Source of the DNA: a virus
Taxonomy: Duplodnaviria > Caudoviricetes
Reading direction: 5' to 3' (one strand)
Virus record (IMG/VR): IMGVR_UViG_3300005714_000005
Coordinates: 1-64,000 of that record
DNA: 64,000 nt
Part shown: in pieces, positions 19,348-28,798 of the stretch
How the letters are laid out: each line of letters starts with the position of its first letter
How positions within the stretch are numbered: the stretch's first letter is position 1
The notes under the pieces: model-generated
Told to the model about the DNA's origin: nothing
The model's input: the letters and a program-made list of their open reading frames with translations, nothing else
Databases searched by the model: none
Made by a program: the position numbers and the translations under genes

Positions 19348-20274
19348 ATGCAATACAAAGGTATGAAAAATTTAGAAATTAAGGTTCGAGATAGAAACAC
19401 AGGAGAAATATATGATACCTATCAAACGTGTTCGCCTTTAGCAAATATACACGTTAGTGAACCAACTTCGGCAGAAAGAATGAAGTATTATCAAAATCTA
19501 AATGACCACAGAGCTATGGCAAAATCATTGGGAGGTTTTATTATGGTGTTATACTACAATAATTGCATTCTTTATGAACAAGATTTAATGTCTAAAGCAA
19601 GTGTGACAAGATTGCTTATGTTGGCAACTTATATGGATTTTGAAAATCGCTTAGTGCTAGAAGTACCAACTACTAGAAAACAAGCCGAAGAAGTTGAATA
19701 TATGAATCGTTCAGATATTCAAAAAGTGCTAAATTTAAAGAATACTGCGTTTAAGGCTTTTATGAAAGAAGTGACAGATAGTGAAATTCTTATCAAAGAA
19801 GGCAAAACGTATAGACTATCTACTGAGTTCTTTCACAAAGGTGAAATAGCTAGAGATATGTGTTTCAGTAAACTTTATGTAGGCACTATGAGAGAATTAT
19901 ATAATAGCACACCTGCCAAGAAACATTCAACTCTAAGCTATATATTTCAACTAATGCCTTTAGTTCATTGGAAAACAAATTATATCGTGACAAACCGAAT
20001 GAGCGGTTTAGAAGATATGGAAACTTTAGACATAACAGGAATTTGTGCTTTCTTAGGTTTAGAAACAAATAGAAAATCAACTAGCTTCATGAAGAAAGAA
20101 TTACTTTCTTTCAGAATCGAGCGTAATGGAGAATATTATTATTTATTCAATATGATGACACAAACAAGTAAGAATGGTCAACGCTCTTGGTTTATAATTA
20201 ATCCTCTAATTTACAATTCTATGAATGATTATTCTGACTTCAAAGAGGCAGTAAAAGCCACATGGGTAAATTAA
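19348..20274 (+). CDS. Putative Rep-like (wHTH) replication protein
   Basis: DRNTGEI motif, HTH-like NRSDIQKVLNL, C-terminal IINP; start moved to the ATG after RBS aaagagg. Confidence 0.5.
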   Translation: MQYKGMKNLEIKVRDRNTGEIYDTYQTCSPLANIHVSEPTSAERMKYYQNLNDHRAMAKSLGGFIMVLYYNNCILYEQDLMSKASVTRLLMLATYMDFENRLVLEVPTTRKQAEEVEYMNRSDIQKVLNLKNTAFKAFMKEVTDSEILIKEGKTYRLSTEFFHKGEIARDMCFSKLYVGTMRELYNSTPAKKHSTLSYIFQLMPLVHWKTNYIVTNRMSGLEDMETLDITGICAFLGLETNRKSTSFMKKELLSFRIERNGEYYYLFNMMTQTSKNGQRSWFIINPLIYNSMNDYSDFKEAVKATWVN

Positions 20275-20337
20275 TTTTACTATAACATTAATAAGAAATT
20301 TAGCAAGAATGTGGTAATATCAACGTTTATCAAGGTT

Positions 20338-20392
20338 AAAAAGGTCGCAAAAACTAGACAAACACCTCGAAAAAGGTCGCAAAAACTAGACA
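20338..20392 (+). repeat. Two 23-bp direct repeats (iteron-like)
   Basis: AAAAAGGTCGCAAAAACTAGACA at 20338 and 20370. Confidence 0.85.
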
Positions 20393-20487
20393 TTTATAAA
20401 AACTCAACTTTTTATAAATAAGTGTTGACCTTTGTAAACCTATGGTATATAATATGAATGTAAGCACAAGAGAGAAAGGTTGATAAT

Positions 20488-20751
20488 ATGAAAAAAGACA
20501 TTGTAGTAACCTATGAAATTCTTAGTGAAAGCAACCTAGCATTTAACATCATTGATTTAACACTAAAGGAACAAATCGTTGTAGTTGGCGATTTAGAAAC
20601 AATTCAATCTGCATTGATTGAGGAATATATTCCTAGTGAGATTAAAGTTTACATTGGTAAAACCGATTTAGGTCGATTAATTGCCGAAAGTTTACAAACA
20701 TTAGGAATTGAAGTTGAATATTTATCTGTACATTTTGAAGTTGAACAATAG
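20488..20751 (+). CDS. Hypothetical protein
   Basis: Promoter TTGACC-N17-TATAAT at 20425; RBS. Confidence 0.7.
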   Translation: MKKDIVVTYEILSESNLAFNIIDLTLKEQIVVVGDLETIQSALIEEYIPSEIKVYIGKTDLGRLIAESLQTLGIEVEYLSVHFEVEQ

Positions 20752-20754
20752 TAA

Positions 20755-20829
20755 CTAGATACATAAAATTCCCCTCCTACTCATTGCTAGTTGGGTAGGA
20801 TTATTGAAAAACTTAGGTGAGGTATCTAG
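20755..20829 (+). ncRNA. Candidate anti-RBS hairpin sRNA
   Basis: Stem ctagatac/gtatctag enclosing cataaaattcccctcct. Confidence 0.45.
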
Positions 20830-20868
20830 CAGTACCAATATGCCAATCGACTTGAAAGTTAAGGGGTT

Positions 20869-21504
20869 ATAATTGTCGCTTTTATTCATCGGAGTTTTGG
20901 GAGGTGCTTAAACTGTACCCAAGAGCGAAGTAGGCGTTTAAGCTGAAAAGTTCCTCCGCAACCTACAGGGAAGTGTAAGTCTTAGCTAATTCGGTAGCCC
21001 CGTCTAGTTAAGCAGTCCTTGTTATCAAGTCTTTTTGCAGAGTTAGACGTTTGAAAGAAACTACTGTATAGGATTAATGTGCGTACAGAAAAGTCCGAGG
21101 AAGTGGCAATCCTTATAAACCACTAGATGATTCTTGTCTTAGCCGATACAGACAAGCTAAAAATAAAGAAAGGTCGGCTATCAAATGTAATTGTCATAGA
21201 GCGTGACAACGGTAAAATAAATAAAGCTCAATGGATGAAGCGGATGTGGTGTCTGTCTCATGACGTTGATGTAGTTTTCCTTGTTTGAGGGTGGCTATGG
21301 AGTTCTTTAGGGTGTGTGGTCGCCTGTTTCAAACTAGGAACTGAAGTTCAAAAATATCACATATGTAATAGCAATGCGATAGAAGCTACTATGTAGTCAA
21401 GGAATCGACAGACATTTATATCTTTGGTCAGAAACTAAGGATATTGACCGATAGTCTCGTGAAGTCATAAAACTATAAGCCCATGCGTGGTCGAGACAAA
21501 TTAT
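20869..21504 (+). ncRNA. Large structured ncRNA, ROOL-like
   Basis: ~640 nt with no ORF, GC above background, paired ends (ataattgtc/gacaaattat), many hairpins; GAGCGAAGTA and TGTAAGTCTTAGCT recall ROOL from memory only. Confidence 0.6.
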
Positions 21505-21618
21505 GTTGTATCTAGTGACTAGCATTGGTGCAATTCCAATGGACAACTTAAACCAATCTATAGCTTACTTGGTGGCTAGTAAAATAACGACCAAGACAGA
21601 GAGAAAGGAAATGATATT

Positions 21619-21987
21619 ATGAAACATGAGGAAAAGTCCTATGAATTAAAAGGGGCAACTATTTATTTGACAAAACAAGCTAGTAAGGTATTGGGATTTA
21701 ATGCTATCTATGTAGAGGATAATATTCCTTATTTTGACCATACTCGTGAATTATATGTGGTTGATGCACGAACTAGCAAAAGTATTGATGGTAAACTTTC
21801 TACTTTTGATTTAAGTAAAGAGTCTATTTTGCTTATTGAGTATCATCATAAGTTAAATGAAATGGAAAGTAAGGTTCGATATAGTGAAGAGACAATGATA
21901 AGCACAGTATCTTCACCATTTAATAGCTCACAAGTTGAGTTAATAGCAGATGAAATAAAAATGCAAGTAAAACGCAATAGTTTATAA
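21619..21987 (+). CDS. Hypothetical protein
   Basis: ORF with RBS. Confidence 0.7.
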   Translation: MKHEEKSYELKGATIYLTKQASKVLGFNAIYVEDNIPYFDHTRELYVVDARTSKSIDGKLSTFDLSKESILLIEYHHKLNEMESKVRYSEETMISTVSSPFNSSQVELIADEIKMQVKRNSL

Positions 21988-22041
21988 TATACACATATTG
22001 AAAGAATCAAGAGAGAAGGTTTGAACAGGAGGAAATTTAGA

Positions 22042-25019
22042 GTGAAAGAGTATATTAAGTTAAATAACGAGGTCATGCAAAAGGTAGACGGTTTCTACCA
22101 ATTAGATAAAGACAAGGAAGCAGTTAAAGCTTTCGAGAAAGAAGTTAAAGAACGATTAATGGATTTCGATTCATTAGAACAACGATATAAATGGTTAATT
22201 GACAATGATTACTATGTAGATTTCTTAGAAACATACGATATGGATTTCATTGAGAAATTAACAAAATATATTTATGATTTTAACTTCGAGTTCCAATCAT
22301 ACATGGCTATCTCTAAATTTTATCAAAGTTATGCCTTAAAGACAAATGATAAAAAATATTATTTAGAAACATATGAGGAACGTATCATAGCGTGTGCATT
22401 ATATTTAGCACAAGGAGATGAAGAATTTGCTTGGGAATTAGCAGAAGCTATGATTAAGCAACAATATCAACCAGCCACACCAACATTTCAAAATGCTGGT
22501 AAGAAACGTGGAGGAGAAATGATTTCATGTTTCTTATTGGAAATGGACGATACATTAAACTCTATCAACTATAACCTATCTACAATGGGGCAATTATCTA
22601 AAATAGGTGGAGGAGTATCTTGCAATTTATCTAAACTCCGTGGTCGTGGCGAGTCAATCAAAGGAGTTGAAGGTGCTGCTAGTGGAGTAGTACCAGTCAT
22701 GAAGCTTATGGAGGACACATTCTCATATGTAAATCAGTTGGGTTAAAAATACTTTGGCTCGGTATACTGGTGACAGTGTACAAAAACTATGGGGTAAATT
22801 GCTGGAACACCCTAAAGCTCTCATGCCTATGCAATAGGAGTCGAAAGACAGAAACAAGTTGAGAGATGACCTATGTTGAAATAAAAGCCGAAAGGTACTA
22901 AGGGTTATTATAATGGGCAATCAGCAGCCACATAAATCAACTCTCTTTAAAAACAAGGGAGAGGATAATCTTGGAAGAAATTTGGAAACCATGTAAAGAC
23001 TACGAAGGACTATATGAAGTTTCTAACTTGGGAAGAGTTAGAAGTTGCGATAAAATGGTTTGGAATGGTCGAACTTACTATTTTAAGAAAGGTGAGTTAA
23101 AAGCACCTAAACATAGAAAAGATGGTTATTTAACAGTATCGCTATATAAGAATAATGTGGGAAAACAGGTAAGAATACATAGACTTGTAGCTTTCGCTTT
23201 TATCGAAAACGAAAATCCTGACTTATATAAAGACGTTAATCACATAGACTGTAATCGCTCAAATAATGAAGCAACAAATTTAGAATGGTGCAATGCTTTA
23301 ACAAACCACGAACATAGCCATAAATTGGGGAGAAAAACAGAACCTCCAACTCATTATGGTGAAGATAATAAATTCTCTACACCTGTTTATGTTACATTGT
23401 TAAAAACAGGTGAGATATTGGAATTTGTTAGCATAAGTGATGGTTTGAAGTATTTAGGAGTTGCTAATCCCTATTCTAAAGTTGCAAATGTATTTGCTTC
23501 AATTAAGAGAAACGGAACAGCCTATGGTTGCAAATGGAAACTAAAAGAGAGTTGATTTATAGGTTCAGAGACTAAAATCCCACATCTCACTGAGATGAAG
23601 ATATAGTCCATCCCCTCGTGAAAGCGAGGGACTAAGATGCAAAGACCTGGAGCAGGTGTAGCCTACTTAAATATCTTTCATTGGGATATTGAAGAATTTT
23701 TAGAAACTAAGAAAATCAATGCTAGTGAGAAAGCACGATTACAAACATTAAGTATTGGTGTTGTAATTCCTGATAAATTTATCGAATTAGCAAGAGAGAA
23801 TAAAGACGTATACGTATTTGCACCTTATACAGTTTATAAAGAATATGGGCAACATTTAGATGACATAGATATTGATAAAGTTTACGAAGATTTGGTTGCG
23901 AATCCAAATGTAAAGAAACGTAAATTAAATCCTCGTACATTATTGACAAATATTGCACGAAGTCAATTTGAGTCAGGTTATCCATATATCATGTATAAAT
24001 CTAATGCAAATAAAGTCCATGCCTTAAAGAATATTGGTGATATTAAAATCTCTAACCTCTGCACCGAAATTTTTCAATTACAAGAAACTTCAATTATCAA
24101 CGACTATGGGATTGAAGATGAAATCAAACGTGATATTAACTGCAACTTAGGTTCGCTTAATATTGTCAACGTTATGGAAAATAAAAGTATTGACAAAGCA
24201 GTAGCAATGGGTATGAGAGCATTAACTTCTGTATCTAATATGAGTAATGTTGCCAATGCACCAGGAGTTAAAAAAGCTAATGAAGAACTTCATGCAGTTG
24301 GTTTAGGTGCTATGAATTTACATGGCTACTTAGCTAAAAATAAAATTGCTTATGAAAGTGAAGAAGCAAAAGATTTCGTTCGCACATTCTTCATGATTGT
24401 CAATTATTATTCTATCTTAGAAAGTTCACTTATTGCAATGGAAAGAAATGAAACATTTAAAGATTTTGATAAATCGGAATATGCAAATGGTAACTATTTT
24501 AAGAAATATATTAAGAATGACTATTCACCAAAAACAGAAAAAGTTAAAAAATTGTTTGAGGGGATTTACATTCCTAATCTATTAAATTGGCAAGGATTAT
24601 CTGAAATTGTTGCAGAACATGGTATGTATCATGCCTATCGTTTGGCTATTGCACCTACTCAATCTATTGGTTATGTGCAAAACGCAACACCAAGTATTGC
24701 ACCTATCGTTAGCGTAGTAGAAACACGCACATATGCAGACTCAACCACATATTATCCAATGCCATTCTTAGACAAGAAAAATTTCTTCTTCTACAAATCG
24801 GCATATCAAATGGATATGATGAAAGTTATTGACTTGGTGGCAGAGGCACAAGAGCATATAGATCAAGGTATCTCAACGGTATTATATGTAGATAGCAATA
24901 CACCAACAAGCCAACTTGTGAGATACTATATGTATGCACATTTCAAGGGATTAAAAAGTTTATATTATACACGCACAAAATTATTAACAGCAACAGAATG
25001 TGAAAGTTGCTCAGTTTAG
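22042..25019 (+). CDS. nrdE: Class Ib ribonucleotide reductase alpha; join(22042..22743,23640..25019), ~693 aa
   Basis: PATPTF, SCFLL, NQLG|QRPGAG, SNLCTEI, CNLGS, IAPT, C-terminal CESCSV. Confidence 0.95.
22744..23639 (+). mobile_element. Group I intron in nrdE encoding an HNH endonuclease
   Basis: Exon ends in U; P10 ctttg/caaag; aatcagcag, gagacta and gatatagtcc core elements; terminal G. Confidence 0.9.
22971..23555 (+). CDS. Intron-encoded NUMOD4-HNH endonuclease
   Basis: EIWKPCKDYEGLYEVSNLGRVRS; HRLVA...VNHIDCNRSNN...NLEW. Confidence 0.92.
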   Translation: MEEIWKPCKDYEGLYEVSNLGRVRSCDKMVWNGRTYYFKKGELKAPKHRKDGYLTVSLYKNNVGKQVRIHRLVAFAFIENENPDLYKDVNHIDCNRSNNEATNLEWCNALTNHEHSHKLGRKTEPPTHYGEDNKFSTPVYVTLLKTGEILEFVSISDGLKYLGVANPYSKVANVFASIKRNGTAYGCKWKLKES

Positions 25020-25046
25020 TTTAAGTTTCAAAGGAGAGAAAAATAT

Positions 25047-25292
25047 ATGAAGATTATTAAATTTGCTACATCATCATGTGGAGCTTGTCAAATGTTAGAT
25101 AAATCATTAGAACAAGCAACTAATTTACCTGAGATTGAAAAAGTTGATTGTGAAGAAATGCCTGAATTAGCAGGGGAATTTGGTGTATTCCAAGTTCCCA
25201 CTATGGTTCTATTAGATGACAATAATGAAGAAATTAAACGTCATGCAGGATTCATGGCTAAAGCTCAACTAGAAAGTTGGGTGAATGTCTAA
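25047..25292 (+). CDS. Thioredoxin-like redoxin
   Basis: CGAC motif, VPT cis-Pro. Confidence 0.85.
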   Translation: MKIIKFATSSCGACQMLDKSLEQATNLPEIEKVDCEEMPELAGEFGVFQVPTMVLLDDNNEEIKRHAGFMAKAQLESWVNV

Positions 25293-26245
25293 TGGAGAAA
25301 TTTAAAGCAGTCAATTGGAATGACCCATCGTGTGCATTCTACAATGAGATTTATAAAAAGCAAACTCAACAATTTTGGCTAAGTGAAGAAATTCCAGTAA
25401 GCGAAGATAAAGATTGTTGGAATGAACTAGACGACAAAACTAAAGTAGCCTACGAGCGTATTTTAGCAGGCTTAACTTTATTAGATACTAATCAAACAAC
25501 AGGTATTAATAAGATTGCAGAGAAATCTGACAATATGTTCATTCAAGCATTATTGGCTTTATTTGGTGGATTTGAGTCAATTCATGCTCGTTCATATTCA
25601 ACTATTTTCCAAACGTTATGCACTACTGAGCGAATTGATGAATTATTCGATTGGGTTCATAATGTAAAGGAATTGCAAACTAAAGTCAAGGAAATTATGC
25701 GTGAGTATAAATCAGATGATAACTTATATATGTCATATGTAGCTTCATTATGCCTCGAAGGAATTTGTTTCTATAGTGGATTTTTCTTACCTCTATGGTT
25801 AGCAGGTCAAGGGAAAATGGTGCATAGTGGTGAAGTTATTAACTTAATCATGCGTGATGAGAAATTGCACACATTAGCTTGTGGTCAATTTGCACAAGAT
25901 TTATACAATGAGATGGATACTTCTGCTCAAATTCACTATCGTGAGTTAGCAGAGGAATTAATCACGAAAGTATATGAATTGGAATTAGAATATTCACACT
26001 TGATTTATGACGACTTAGGTTTATTTGATGAAGTTAAGACATATGTTGAGTTCAATGTAAACTATGCTTTATCATGTTTAGGATTTGAGCCAATGTTTGA
26101 TGTAAGTGAGATTGATGTAAATTCTGTGGTTATGAACGGATATTCAATCGACACGAAGAATCATGATTTCTTTTCAACGAAAGGAAATGGATATGTTGTT
26201 GCAACAAACGTTACAAAATTAACAGATGAGGATTTTATTTTCTAA
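25292..26245 (+). CDS. nrdF: Class Ib ribonucleotide reductase beta
   Basis: LTLLD, ESIHARSY, LEGICFYSGF, RDEKLH, HDFFS.KGNGY. Confidence 0.95.
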   Translation: MEKFKAVNWNDPSCAFYNEIYKKQTQQFWLSEEIPVSEDKDCWNELDDKTKVAYERILAGLTLLDTNQTTGINKIAEKSDNMFIQALLALFGGFESIHARSYSTIFQTLCTTERIDELFDWVHNVKELQTKVKEIMREYKSDDNLYMSYVASLCLEGICFYSGFFLPLWLAGQGKMVHSGEVINLIMRDEKLHTLACGQFAQDLYNEMDTSAQIHYRELAEELITKVYELELEYSHLIYDDLGLFDEVKTYVEFNVNYALSCLGFEPMFDVSEIDVNSVVMNGYSIDTKNHDFFSTKGNGYVVATNVTKLTDEDFIF

Positions 26246-26286
26246 TCCTTGTCTTGCTTAATAGATTCACTAAAATTTGAAAAAGG

Positions 26287-27390
26287 GTGATAAATTTGAA
26301 AAGATTATTAGGTATTTGTTTATTGGTATTTGTTGCACTCATTGGGTGTAGCCAAGAGAAAGTTGAAACAATTAAGGTTGGACTTGTTACTGATAGTGGT
26401 TCTATCTCAGACAAGAGTTTTAATCAAGGCTCTTGGGAAGGAGTTCTACAATTCCAAAAAGAAAATGAGAATGTAGAAGTTCAGTATGTACAACCACATG
26501 AAGAAAATTTACAAGACTATATGAATGCTATTGATAATTTAATCTTAGCAGGAAATGAAGTTATCGTTATGCCTGGTTTTAAATTTGAGGAAACAGCAGA
26601 CAAAGTTGCTAAACTCTATCCCGATGTTAAGTTTATTTTAATTGATGGACAACCATCAGAAGACGGAGAATATGTATCTCATGACAATGTTGTTTCTATC
26701 TACTTCAAGGAAAATGAATCAGGTTTCTTAGCAGGTGTAGCTAGTGCATTAGAAACCAAAACCAATGAATTAGCCTTCGTTGGCGGATTTGACATACATT
26801 CAGTTTACAAATTTGGAATTGGTTACTTATCAGGAGTAGCATATGCAAATCAACATTTAGGCACAGAAGCTCAAGTGACAGAATATATCTATGCAGGTTC
26901 ATTTACCGATGTGGATATGGGTAAAGCTGTTGGGGGAGCTATCTATGACAAAGGTGTTGACATCGTATTTCATGCTAGTGGCGGGGTAGGAGTTGGAATC
27001 TTCTCTGAAGCTAAAACTCGTGCAGAAAATGGTGAAAATGTTTATGTCGTAGGTGTAGACGTTGACCAATATTCTGAGGGAGTTATCTCTAATGGTGAAT
27101 CGGTTACTTTAACTTCTGCCATGAAACAATTAGGCGTAGCAGTTAATACTCATCTTCAATATTGGCTAAATGGTGAATTTAAAGGTGGACAAGTTATCAC
27201 TATGGATATTACCCAAAATGCAGTTGGTTTACCTAACAACAATCCTAACCTAAGTGCAAACACTTGCAATAAACTTGAAGAAGTTAAACAATTGTTAAAA
27301 CAAGGTGAAATTAAAGTACCATCAACAAAAGAAGAAACACGAGATTTCTTAGACAAATACAACTACGATTATTCAGATTTAAACTTTTAA
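26287..27390 (+). CDS. BMP-family (PnrA-like) nucleoside-binding lipoprotein
   Basis: Lipobox LIGC; DKSFNQ, E.GFLAG, GVDVDQ, TSAMK. Confidence 0.88.
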   Translation: MINLKRLLGICLLVFVALIGCSQEKVETIKVGLVTDSGSISDKSFNQGSWEGVLQFQKENENVEVQYVQPHEENLQDYMNAIDNLILAGNEVIVMPGFKFEETADKVAKLYPDVKFILIDGQPSEDGEYVSHDNVVSIYFKENESGFLAGVASALETKTNELAFVGGFDIHSVYKFGIGYLSGVAYANQHLGTEAQVTEYIYAGSFTDVDMGKAVGGAIYDKGVDIVFHASGGVGVGIFSEAKTRAENGENVYVVGVDVDQYSEGVISNGESVTLTSAMKQLGVAVNTHLQYWLNGEFKGGQVITMDITQNAVGLPNNNPNLSANTCNKLEEVKQLLKQGEIKVPSTKEETRDFLDKYNYDYSDLNF

Positions 27391-27414
27391 TAATTAAAGA
27401 GAGCCTTTAGGCTT

Positions 27415-27502
27415 TCTAATATCTACGTCATCAACCCTTCATTTTTCATAATTCTCCCCTCCTCATTAAATATGTGATTTACACGATGACGTGGATATTA
27501 GA
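27415..27502 (+). ncRNA. Candidate anti-RBS hairpin sRNA
   Basis: 18-bp stem; loop contains the complement of GAGGAGGGGAGAATT-ATG-AAAAATGAAGGG. Confidence 0.55.
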
Positions 27503-27613
27503 GATTCTAAAATCTCTAAAGTACAATGTTGAATTCTATCAAGTAGATTGCGATAAGTTATCCCAATATATATTGACTTATCACTAAGAATCAGAGGGTG
27601 CGTGCCCTCATAT

Positions 27614-27690
27614 GCTAGTGTAGCTCAGTTGGTAGAGCAATCGCATGGTAAGCGATAGGTCGTGGGTTCAAGCCCCATCATCTAGCACCA
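27614..27690 (+). tRNA. tRNA-Thr(GGU)
   Basis: Cloverleaf; anticodon arm ATCGC-ATGGTAA-GCGAT; TTCAAGC T loop; encoded CCA. Confidence 0.9.
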
Positions 27691-27756
27691 TATATAATAC
27701 CGAAAACTGGATTTGAAAGAGTTGCCAGTATAAAGATTGAGACTCGTAGAAAGGGA

Positions 27757-28752
27757 ATGATACCTATGAAAAAGATTTATTTAGAAAAGCAATTTATGAA
27801 AGCAACAAACTTGAACAATTACATCATTGGTGAGATTTTGAGCCACAACAAAGATGCAGGAGAGTATCAAATCGAAAAAGAAGATGGCACTATCTTGACA
27901 GTATTTTCACATTCTTTACTAGGGTGGGAAAACTATGATGAGCGACCTAATCGAGCTTTTGATAATGATAAATTAAATAAAATCACCAATAAGCCAACAC
28001 TACAACCAAAAGGCAAAGTTATCTATGCGGTAGATATTTGTCGCAGTAATCATGGAACAGACGTAGCAGGTTTTACCGTTTCGACTGTCATGCAAGATGG
28101 AACTATTGTAGTACATTTTACAGATAATTTAAGAGGAAGTTATAAAGGTATCGCAGAGACAATACTTAAATATATTGATAAAAACCATGATTTTGGTCGT
28201 GAGGCAGAATTGCGAGTTAATACCGTAGGGCTAGGTAAAGGAATTCTTGATTACTTAGAAGATTGCCCTATACCAGTCAAGATGTGTGGAATTGACGAAG
28301 TGAAACAAGCACATTCAACATTAAGAGAAAAAATTTATCAAGAGGAAATGATTATTAATGAAACTCTAAAAGAAACATTAGAAAATCTTGATAATAAAGT
28401 TTTTATTTCTAAAGACGGTTGTAAAGTTTTACTTGAACAACATGAATCAAATATTGAACAATATGCTTTATTTAGTAGCCTACTAATGACTTGTCATGAT
28501 GGTGGTAAATTCTTATACGAAAATGAATTTGAGCTTTGGATTGAAAAAACTTCGCTAAATCAATCAAGCTCTCTGATAGAAATTTATCACTTGATGTTAA
28601 GAGATAACAAAACGAGAGAAGAAGAGTGTGTCACTTCAAGTCAAAAGCGTTACGAAATAGAAAACACGATGAACTTTATGGTTAAAGCATTTGGTTTAGC
28701 AAACAAGAAAGCAAAAGTACATATCGGAATCAAAGAAGAGTCTACTAAGTAG
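27757..28752 (+). CDS. Protein with a TerL-like RNase H nuclease domain
   Basis: IYAVDICRS and VNTVGLGKGILDYL parallel TerL YISIDVARS and VDINGLGKGLMDYI. Confidence 0.6.
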   Translation: MIPMKKIYLEKQFMKATNLNNYIIGEILSHNKDAGEYQIEKEDGTILTVFSHSLLGWENYDERPNRAFDNDKLNKITNKPTLQPKGKVIYAVDICRSNHGTDVAGFTVSTVMQDGTIVVHFTDNLRGSYKGIAETILKYIDKNHDFGREAELRVNTVGLGKGILDYLEDCPIPVKMCGIDEVKQAHSTLREKIYQEEMIINETLKETLENLDNKVFISKDGCKVLLEQHESNIEQYALFSSLLMTCHDGGKFLYENEFELWIEKTSLNQSSSLIEIYHLMLRDNKTREEECVTSSQKRYEIENTMNFMVKAFGLANKKAKVHIGIKEESTK

Positions 28753-28798
28753 ACTCTTTTATTATATCATAAATCATTTGAACTAGGAGAGGGAATGA

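Noticed and set aside
20338-20392. CRISPR mini-array
   Set aside because: Only two repeats with a 9-nt gap, and no cas genes
20869-21547. tmRNA or RNase P RNA
   Set aside because: No GGGG..GATTCGAC 5' end, no CCA 3' end, no tag ORF, and no complete RNase P P4 signature seen
25292-26245. Metal-free class Ie RNR
   Set aside because: The carboxylate and histidine ligands are all present
27525-27612. Second tRNA upstream of tRNA-Thr
   Set aside because: Hairpins are present, including GAGGG..CCCTC, but no cloverleaf could be built
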